Source: Phycisphaerae bacterium
GTDB lineage: Bacteria; Planctomycetota; Phycisphaerae; UBA1845
Direction of reading: 5' to 3'
NCBI GenBank assembly: GCA_029260135.1
Contig: JAJDDV010000109.1
Location: 879 to 64,878, forward strand
Length of the DNA: 64,000 nt
Part shown: positions 56,674 through 64,000 of the stretch, one piece after another
Numbering within the stretch: the stretch's first letter is position 1
Layout of the letters: every line of letters begins with the position of its first letter
Notes under the pieces: generated by a model
What the model saw: only the letters and a program-made list of their open reading frames with translations
The model's database searches: none
Told to the model about the DNA's origin: nothing
Translations under genes and position numbers: made by a program

Positions 56674-56829
56674 CCCCCCATTATCGAAGAAGGCGGTCGT
56701 TCTGCAAGTGCGATCGGCAAAACCGATCCTTGAGGGAAATGCCCGCCACATCGCCGCCGACCGGCGCGTGCATTTGCGATCACGGGGAGAACCGCGCGAT
56801 TCGGCCGGTGAAGAAAAACAGAGGTTACG

Positions 56830-57177
56830 CTAGTCGGCGGCGAGCTGAACCGCAGCCAGCCCGTTCGACACGTCATCGGCGAACTCGAACACCTTGTCGA
56901 GACCGGTCACGAGAAACAGCCCCCACACACTCGTGTCGATGCCGCACAGAATCAAACGCCGCTTGTTGTTGACCACCTGTTTGCGAAGCTTCAACAGCTT
57001 GGCGAGATTGGAGGAATTGATGTAGTTCACCGCCGCGAAGTTCAACACGACATCGACATCGGTGCGCGTATCGAGTTGATCGATCACCGTCGTCACATCG
57101 TCCGCGAACGCAGGATCGTCCTGCAACTCCACGACGAGAATGTTCTCTGACCAACTCTCTATAGACACCGGCGACAC
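56830..57177 (-). CDS. STAS-domain anti-sigma-factor antagonist
   Basis: VVLNFAAVNYINSSNLAKL...VTGLDKVF. Confidence 0.88.
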   Translation of the reverse strand: MSPVSIESWSENILVVELQDDPAFADDVTTVIDQLDTRTDVDVVLNFAAVNYINSSNLAKLLKLRKQVVNNKRRLILCGIDTSVWGLFLVTGLDKVFEFADDVSNGLAAVQLAAD

Positions 57178-57302
57178 TCCCCGAAGCCTTCCGCAGCCTT
57201 CCGCGTCGGCTTTGATTTCCTACAACACGTTATCGCCGCCGACGCACAATGTCAAACGATTCGTGCAACTTCACGATCCAATCCGCGGCGTCATACCGCT
57301 TC

Positions 57303-58265
57303 TCATCGCTCACGCACGAGTAGCGTCCGGTCGACCGAGCGATGCTTCAGCTCCGCCGATGCCTCCTGAAGCCAGCGTTTCGCGTCGGTGTAGTAGCCCG
57401 CCGTGGGACGCAAGCCGGGCACCGCCTCCGACCAATACCGATTGAACGCGTGCATGTGAAGCTCGCGAAGGTATTTGCTGTAGATGCTGGCCAGCGCCAC
57501 CGGAAACCGCTTTGCATCGCCGCGCGTGACGAACTCGATCTCGAAACACTGTGCCGTTTGGTCCAGTTGATACGCGCTTCGCGTTGACGACTCCTCCAGA
57601 ATTCGCAAGGTATATCCGGGAAACGCCGTCGTCAGCGCAGGGCGATAGTGCGTGCGACCTCCCAGTCGATCAACGAAGACGCGAATCCGTTCCTGCGGCG
57701 CCGATCGCATCACGCGATCGACCACGCGAAGCGCCAGCCCGAGCAGAACGACGGCCTTATTCCGCGTGTTGCGTACCAGCCGATTGTACACGCCGACCGG
57801 AACCGGTTCACAGAAAACGCCCGCCGGCACGACATCCTGCGCCTCGCAATCCAGCCGCACGGCATTGGCCTGCGTGCCGACGTCGCCCGTGACCGGATCG
57901 AGCGGCAGCGCGAGATCCGTGCCGCCATACCATGGATAGGCGTTGAGTTGATCCCCGGCACCGGGTGATACCAGATCGAGCAACGTGCGGAACGTGTCCG
58001 GACGATGACCGCCCGCCGCCAGCATGACGAGCGCCGTCCGCTCCAACGCGCCAAGCCCCTCGCCGCCGCGATGGAGCTTCTTACTATCGGTGATCACCAA
58101 ACGGCGCCCGGATTTGCGAACCGTCGACGTGCAGCTCACCTGAAGCGTGTCCCAAAGACAGCCGTCGAGATGATCGTCAGGGACCCGAAACGCCACGCCC
58201 GAGACCACCAGAGGTCCGAGCGTCGGACCGAATCCCGCCTCATCGATCCCCGCTAGTATGGCCAA
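57303..58265 (-). CDS. RNase HII-like protein
   Basis: GIDEAGFGPTLGPLVV, DSKKL, VALASIYSKYLRE. Confidence 0.8.
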   Translation of the reverse strand: MAILAGIDEAGFGPTLGPLVVSGVAFRVPDDHLDGCLWDTLQVSCTSTVRKSGRRLVITDSKKLHRGGEGLGALERTALVMLAAGGHRPDTFRTLLDLVSPGAGDQLNAYPWYGGTDLALPLDPVTGDVGTQANAVRLDCEAQDVVPAGVFCEPVPVGVYNRLVRNTRNKAVVLLGLALRVVDRVMRSAPQERIRVFVDRLGGRTHYRPALTTAFPGYTLRILEESSTRSAYQLDQTAQCFEIEFVTRGDAKRFPVALASIYSKYLRELHMHAFNRYWSEAVPGLRPTAGYYTDAKRWLQEASAELKHRSVDRTLLVRER

Positions 58266-58578
58266 CGTTTCGTATCCCGTACCTTCATCCGACTCGGGAA
58301 CCGCAACACCAGAAAAGGGAATGTAGACCCCCGACCCGCATGCGGCAAGCTCACGCGGCTCGCCCTACCGAATACGGCATTCGCCCGCGCGAACCGCCTT
58401 CGTCCAGAGGCCGGGTAAGAACGCGCACCGTAGCGAATGCGCCACGCCGCCCGTCGAATCCCGAGCTTCGGCATCGTTCTTGCCACACGTTCCGAACGAA
58501 CGCGGGTCCCAGCCCGTCGCGTTGGGATGGCGGAAACCTGGACCCTCCAAAAGCACATGACCTTTGGATCGCGCGCTG

Positions 58579-60276
58579 ATGACTCTCTCCAACGACAACC
58601 TCGACCTCACGACGCCACCCTATCCCGGCCTGCAACTCCTTCGGGACCCCGCCTTCAATAAGGACGCCGCCTTCTCAGCGGCCGAGCGTCGCAAGCTGGG
58701 GCTCGACGGGCTGTTACCGCCCACCCAGTCCACCATCGAAGAACAGGTCGCGCTGGAACTCGAACACCTCCGCGCCAAACACGACGATCTCGAGGAGTTC
58801 ATCGGCCTCGCGGCCCTGCTCGATCGCAACGAGACCCTCTTCTACCGCGTGCTCGTCGACAATCTGGCCGAGTTGATGCCCATCGTCTACACCCCCACCG
58901 TCGGGCAGGCCTGCCAGCAGTATAGCCACATATTCCGCCGCCCCCGCGGGATCTGGATCACCCCGCAAGACATCGAGCGGATTCCCGAGCTGCTGCGCAA
59001 TGTCCCCCAGAGCAACGTCAAGCTCATCGTCGTGACCGACAACGAGCGGATCCTCGGCCTGGGCGATCAGGGCGCCGGCGGGATGGGCATCCCCATCGGC
59101 AAGGTCGCGCTCTATTGTGCCGCGGCCGGCATCCACCCGCAGTACTGCCTGCCCATCAGCCTCGACGTCGGAACCGACAACGCCGACCTGCTCAACGATC
59201 CGCACTACATCGGCTATCGCCACCGCCGTCTCCGCGGCGAGGCGTACGAGCAGTTCATCGAGGCCTTCGTCGACGCCGTCCACGATGTCTTCCCGCGGGC
59301 GCTGCTCCAGTGGGAAGACTTCCACAAAGACATCGCCTTCCAGAACCTCGAGCGATACCGCAAACGCATCCCCTGTTTCAACGACGACATCCAGGGAACC
59401 AGTGCGGTTGCGCTGGCGGGAATTCTGGCCGCGCTCCGCCTGACCGGTGGGTCGCTGGAAGACCAGCGCATCGTTTATATGGGTGCCGGCGCCGCGGGCG
59501 TGGGGATCGGGCGCCTGGTGAGATCGGCCATGCTCGAAGAGGGCACCTCGCCCGACAAGATCATGCGGGCACAGCTCTTCATCGACTCGCGAGGGCTGAT
59601 CTACGAAGGCCGCACCATCAAGGACGAGCACAAGAAGGAGTTCGCCCTCCGCGCCGACGGCATGGCTGAGCTGGGCTTCAAGACCGACCAGGCCGTGAGC
59701 CTGCTCGACGTCGTCAAGGCGTACAAGCCGACCATTCTTCTGGGCACGGCGGCTACGCCCGGGTGCTTCACCGAAGACATCATCCGGGAGATGGCCTCTC
59801 ACGTGGAACGGCCCATCGTGCTGCCGTTCAGCAACCCGACGTCCAAGGCGGAGTGTACGCCGCTCGAACTCATCCGCTGGACCGACGGGCGTGCCATCGT
59901 CGCCACCGGGAGCCCCTTCGCGCCGGTCAAGCACAACGGCAAGACGCACGTGATCGGGCAGGGCAACAACGTCTACATTTTCCCCGGTGTGGGGCTCGGC
60001 TGCATCCTGGCCGAGGCGAATGCGGTGACGGATTCGATGTTCCTCGTGGCGGCACGAACGCTGGCTTCGCTGATCACGCCCGACCGTCTCGACGCCGGCG
60101 CGATCTATCCGGATCAGAGCAAGCTACGCGACGTCAGCCGCGCGGTAGCGTGCGCCGTGATTAGAGAAGCGCGCAAACTCCACATTGGCCGCCAGATTCC
60201 TGACGACGCGGTGGAAGACATGGTGGCGGATGCGATGTGGTTCCCGGATTACCCGGATTATGCGGCGGAGGGGTAG
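58579..60276 (+). CDS. maeA: NAD-dependent malic enzyme
   Basis: [51 protein letters not shown]. Confidence 0.95.
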   Translation: MTLSNDNLDLTTPPYPGLQLLRDPAFNKDAAFSAAERRKLGLDGLLPPTQSTIEEQVALELEHLRAKHDDLEEFIGLAALLDRNETLFYRVLVDNLAELMPIVYTPTVGQACQQYSHIFRRPRGIWITPQDIERIPELLRNVPQSNVKLIVVTDNERILGLGDQGAGGMGIPIGKVALYCAAAGIHPQYCLPISLDVGTDNADLLNDPHYIGYRHRRLRGEAYEQFIEAFVDAVHDVFPRALLQWEDFHKDIAFQNLERYRKRIPCFNDDIQGTSAVALAGILAALRLTGGSLEDQRIVYMGAGAAGVGIGRLVRSAMLEEGTSPDKIMRAQLFIDSRGLIYEGRTIKDEHKKEFALRADGMAELGFKTDQAVSLLDVVKAYKPTILLGTAATPGCFTEDIIREMASHVERPIVLPFSNPTSKAECTPLELIRWTDGRAIVATGSPFAPVKHNGKTHVIGQGNNVYIFPGVGLGCILAEANAVTDSMFLVAARTLASLITPDRLDAGAIYPDQSKLRDVSRAVACAVIREARKLHIGRQIPDDAVEDMVADAMWFPDYPDYAAEG

Positions 60277-60356
60277 CTGCATCGTCGAGCCCACAGTGCG
60301 GGGGGCCGGGTGATGTAGGGGCCGGTGTGCGGATCGACATTGCCGTTTGCTGATTT

Positions 60357-60755
60357 AGATTCGTAGGGTCCGCTGAGCGGACCGCAGCCGCTGCAAAGAT
60401 TCGTAGGGTCCGCTGTGCGGACCGCAGATTCGTAAGGCCCGCTGTGCGGACCGCAGATTCGTAGGGTCCGCTGTGCGGACCGCTGATCGCTGACAACCGA
60501 CCCCTGACAACTGACAACTGCTTGCTGACAACTGCTTACTGACAACAGACGACTTTCTCCTGTGTGGCACCGGTCTTCAACCGGTGGTCCGGAGCATAGT
60601 GTTCCCTGTGGGACCGACTTTCCAGATTCGTAGGGTCCGCTGTGCGGACCGCTGATCGCTGACAACCGACCCCTGACAACTGACAACTGCTTGCTGACAA
60701 CTGCTTACTGACAACAGACGACTTTCTCCTGTGTGGCACCGGTCTTCAACCGGTG
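60357..60755. repeat. REP cluster: tandem GTAG REPs plus a 133-bp direct duplication
   Basis: GTAGGGTCCGCTGTGCGGACCGC-like units, five in total; 60454-60586 matches 60623-60755; CTGACAA heptamers. Confidence 0.9.
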
Positions 60756-60842
60756 AGCGATGCAGGGGGGTGCGGTGCGACCCCCGCCAACGACTGCATT
60801 TCACGGAATAACCGCTCTCACACCCTTCCCGCAAGGCAATCA

Positions 60843-60953
60843 CCCATTTTCACTTGAATCGAGATCATGAACTCGCTAAACTGAAAGACGCACGGCAGTT
60901 CGGACCGCGATTCGCCACGCACTGCCGCGCGTAGCTCAACGGAGGCAGATCTC
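60843..60953 (+). promoter_or_regulatory. Promoter plus structured 5' leader (copy 2)
   Basis: TTGAAT(60854)-17-TAAACT(60877); stem CGGCAGT/ACTGCCG; GGAGG at 60941. Confidence 0.7.
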
Positions 60954-63059
60954 ATGAAGAGGCAAAGGCGACTCCCCAGCGTATGTTTGCAGGCATGGAC
61001 CATTGCGCCCGTGGCGGCGTGTTCTTTTTTTGCCGCGCCGACCGCTTTGACCGTTGCGCTGTCAATGGCGATACTGGTTTCGCCGGTTCTGGCACAGTGT
61101 TCGCCGAAGAAGCTCACAGAGAGCGGCACGGGAGCTAAATTCGGATACGCGGTACACACGGATGGGATCAGAGCGGTCATGGGTGCACCGGCGGACGGAG
61201 CAGGAAAGGTCATAATCTACCGTCATACAGAGAGTGGTCTGATTCGAGAGTGGTCGAACGGCAACTGGACTCATCAGAATCCCAGCTGGTATGGACGCGA
61301 TGTGTCGATTAGCGGTGACTTGGCCGCTGTCTCCGGTTCCTCTCCCGGTCGCGTTTTTCGACGTGAAGGCTCGGGTTGGGTGCAGGACTGGCACGGCTTC
61401 GTTGGACCGTTGTCGATCAGCGGAGAACGATTCATCGCCCGATCTTCCATCTACCGGCGTGACGCAACACGGTGGAGCCACGAACAATCCCTCGTTGAAA
61501 GTGATCCAACGTCCGGAGGCGGTATTGGATCCTCCGTCTCCTTGAGCGGTGATCTTGTACTTGTTGGTGCGTCAGAAAAGGACGACGCCTGCCCTGGAGA
61601 TACTGGCTGTCAATCCGGAGCTGCGTACGTGTTTCGCCGTGAAGATACCACCTGGATCGAGGAGACCAAGCTCACCGCTTCGGACATGGACGCGGGGGAC
61701 TATTTCGGGGCGTCCGTTTCACTAGATGTGGATGTGGCCGTCGTCGGTGCCTACCGTAACAGCGACGCCGGGGCTGAATCAGGATCAGCATACGTTTTTC
61801 ACCGCTTAGGGACCGATTGGACGGAAGCGGCGAAGCTCACGGGCTCGGATACCGCTGAGGACGACTGGTTTGGGTGGTCTGTGTCGATCAGCGGAGACAT
61901 CGTTGTTGTTGGAGCACCCGGGCATGACCACGTCGGTCTTGACTCGGGGGCAGTCTACGTTTTTCGACGTGAGGGAAACACCTGGGTCCAGCAGTCGAAG
62001 CTGACTCCTCCGGACGCGGAGCCATTTGACACGTTTGGCTATTCCGTATCGGTCAACAGCGGTGCAGTCCTTGTGGGTGCAATCGGAGATGATGACCGGG
62101 GCTCGGAAGCAGGAGCCGTCTACGTTTACCAGCAGGTCAACGATGACTGTAATGGCAACGGAATCGGTGACTCGTGCGAGGCAGACCGTGATGCGGACGG
62201 GGTTATCGACGAGTGCGACCCCTGCCCACTCGACAATCCTGACGATTCCGACGCCGACGGGGTATGCGACGCGACCGATGCGTGCCCTGGATTCGACGAT
62301 GGGCTTGATGCCGACGCGGACGGAGTTCCCGACGACTGCGACATCTGCCCTGGAGCAGACGACAGAGTGGACGGGGATGCGGACTTGATCCCCGACGACT
62401 GTGACCTCTGTGGGGACACACCGACCGGACTGCTCGTAGATATTGACGGCTGCACGCTGCAGACCGGACCGTGTTGCTTCCCGGCTGGAATATGCGTCGA
62501 CGATACGAGTACCGCACCGTGCGAGCTGTTCCCCGGCGGCGCATATTACGGGGACGGGCTGACTTGTGATGGCGATCCGGACGGCGATGGTGTGGTTGGG
62601 TGCAGTGACGGTTGTCCACTCGACGCGGGCAAGACTCACCCCGGCGTGTGTGGCTGCGGTGCTCGTGATGACGACGCCGATACGGATGGATTCGTGGACT
62701 GCGTCGATCAGTGCCTTGCGACACCAATCGACGTCATAGTAAACGCATGTGGTTGCCCCCAACTCGGTGCGTGCTGCTCAGCGGGAGGCGGCTGTTTCGA
62801 GGATGTCGAGCAAGCGATCTGTCCGGCCCTTGGCGGCTCGTACCAGGGAGACGGATCGGGTTGTGCGGACGGGTGCAATCTTGGCGATCCCGACATGGAC
62901 GGTGATGTGGACCTACTCGACATTGCAGGCCTGCAGCGGTGTTTCGGGGGCGGTGTCGCCCCATCCGCCGAGTGTTCGTTTCTTGATACTGACCGCTGCG
63001 GCACCATCGACCTCAGCGACTTTGCGGCGTTTGAAGCGGCGATGACGGGGCCGAGTTAA
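60954..63059 (+). CDS. Secreted FG-GAP repeat protein with thrombospondin type-3-like repeats and dockerin-like tail
   Basis: FGxSVS...GAAYVF repeats; DADADGVPDDCDICP; GDPDMDGDVDLLD...IDLSDFAAF. Confidence 0.9.
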   Translation: MKRQRRLPSVCLQAWTIAPVAACSFFAAPTALTVALSMAILVSPVLAQCSPKKLTESGTGAKFGYAVHTDGIRAVMGAPADGAGKVIIYRHTESGLIREWSNGNWTHQNPSWYGRDVSISGDLAAVSGSSPGRVFRREGSGWVQDWHGFVGPLSISGERFIARSSIYRRDATRWSHEQSLVESDPTSGGGIGSSVSLSGDLVLVGASEKDDACPGDTGCQSGAAYVFRREDTTWIEETKLTASDMDAGDYFGASVSLDVDVAVVGAYRNSDAGAESGSAYVFHRLGTDWTEAAKLTGSDTAEDDWFGWSVSISGDIVVVGAPGHDHVGLDSGAVYVFRREGNTWVQQSKLTPPDAEPFDTFGYSVSVNSGAVLVGAIGDDDRGSEAGAVYVYQQVNDDCNGNGIGDSCEADRDADGVIDECDPCPLDNPDDSDADGVCDATDACPGFDDGLDADADGVPDDCDICPGADDRVDGDADLIPDDCDLCGDTPTGLLVDIDGCTLQTGPCCFPAGICVDDTSTAPCELFPGGAYYGDGLTCDGDPDGDGVVGCSDGCPLDAGKTHPGVCGCGARDDDADTDGFVDCVDQCLATPIDVIVNACGCPQLGACCSAGGGCFEDVEQAICPALGGSYQGDGSGCADGCNLGDPDMDGDVDLLDIAGLQRCFGGGVAPSAECSFLDTDRCGTIDLSDFAAFEAAMTGPS

Positions 63060-63212
63060 GGCGGAAGACCAAATTCATTTGTCTTGCCTCGGCGCTCTCC
63101 TCAGAAAAGGCGGAATTCCTTCGGTCTCCGCGCCGCGAAAATGACGAACAACACTGCGCACACCGCAGAGTCATCGTTCTTCATGAACGACCACGTACGC
63201 GGATACTGCCGA

Positions 63213-64000
63213 TCAGTCCTCCAGCGCCTTGACGATGACCGTGTCGTTTTGGCCGCCGAAGCCGAAGCTGTTGGAGAGGCAGGCTCGCACGGGCATTTTG
63301 CGGGCGTGGTTGGGGACATAGTCCAGATCGCAGTTGGGATCCGGGTTCTCGTAGTTGATGGTTGGGGGGACCACGCCGTCGCGAATAGCCAATAGGCAGG
63401 TGATCAGCTCGACCGCTCCCGCGGCGGCGATCAGGTGGCCGATCATGCTCTTGATACTACTGATGGCTACGTTCTTGGCATGATCGCCGAAGACCTTTCG
63501 GATGGCGAGGGTCTCGATCTTGTCGTTTTCTTCGGTGCCGGTTCCGTGGGCGGAGATGTAATCGATGTCACCCGGTGACAGTTGCGCACTCTTCAGCGCC
63601 GCTTCCATGGCCGCGACCCCGCCGCGGCCGTCCTCGTGGATGTCGGTAATGCGGAACGCGTCGGCGGTGGATCCGAACCCGACGATCTCTGCCAGGATGT
63701 TGGCACTTCTGGCGCGCGCGTGTTCCAGCTCCTCCAGCACGAGGATTCCGGCCCCTTCGCCGAGGACGAATCCGTCGCGGGTTCGGTCGAAGGGTCGGGA
63801 GGCGGTCTGGGGAGAGTCATTTCGGGTGGATAGTGCTGTCAGTCGGCTGAATCCGGTCACGCCGAGCGGGTGGATCATGCTGTGGGTCCCGCCGGAGATC
63901 ATGACGTCGGCGTCGCCGTATCGGATGATGTGTGTGGCCTCTCCGATGGCCTGTGTGCTGGCTGCGCAGGCGGTGAGGGTGTTGAGGTTGGGTCCTTCGG
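63213..64000 (-). CDS. fabF: Beta-ketoacyl-ACP synthase II family (5' end outside the window)
   Basis: LTACAAS catalytic Cys, SRPFD...GFVLGEG, AHGTGT, KSMIGH, SNSFGFGG. Confidence 0.92.
   Translation of the reverse strand, partial: EGPNLNTLTACAASTQAIGEATHIIRYGDADVMISGGTHSMIHPLGVTGFSRLTALSTRNDSPQTASRPFDRTRDGFVLGEGAGILVLEELEHARARSANILAEIVGFGSTADAFRITDIHEDGRGGVAAMEAALKSAQLSPGDIDYISAHGTGTEENDKIETLAIRKVFGDHAKNVAISSIKSMIGHLIAAAGAVELITCLLAIRDGVVPPTINYENPDPNCDLDYVPNHARKMPVRACLSNSFGFGGQNDTVIVKALED

Noticed and set aside
60357-60485. Regular repeats as a CRISPR array
   Set aside because: Spacers are very short and not unique; the units are GTAG REP palindromes found elsewhere in the window.
60885-60950. 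Leader as a c-di-GMP-I or -II riboswitch
   Set aside because: It lacks the GNRA tetraloop/receptor and consensus motifs I recall for those classes; kept as an unknown motif.

Overview
GC-rich bacterial window. The Cys/Asp-rich DCNxNGxPDxC proteins, dockerin-like tails and repeat families suggest Planctomycetota, Phycisphaerae-like (inference). Housekeeping genes include cysK, an aldehyde dehydrogenase, ruvCAB, ndk, ltaE, ferritin, malic enzyme and fabF. Four giant secreted modular proteins are present; one runs off the left edge and is missing from the ORF track. Main unusual signals: (1) a minus-strand array at 13.4-19.0 kb built like a polymorphic toxin locus, with a full-length secreted HExxH zincin, a partner gene, an orphan divergent zincin C-terminus, a homologous second partner and an 80-bp identical repeat; (2) an RNase P RNA gene of about 805 nt, roughly twice the usual size, whose P12, P16/17 and P19 regions contain REP-like repeats, in a window that also encodes a REP-flanked RAYT transposase; (3) a shared promoter and 5' leader with a compensatory base pair in front of two distant secreted-protein genes; (4) an isolated Mu-phage gp25-26-27-like trio; (5) a ruvC whose catalytic N-terminus has no canonical start codon; (6) an internally deleted msrP. 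All family assignments come from motif recognition by eye; no searches were run.
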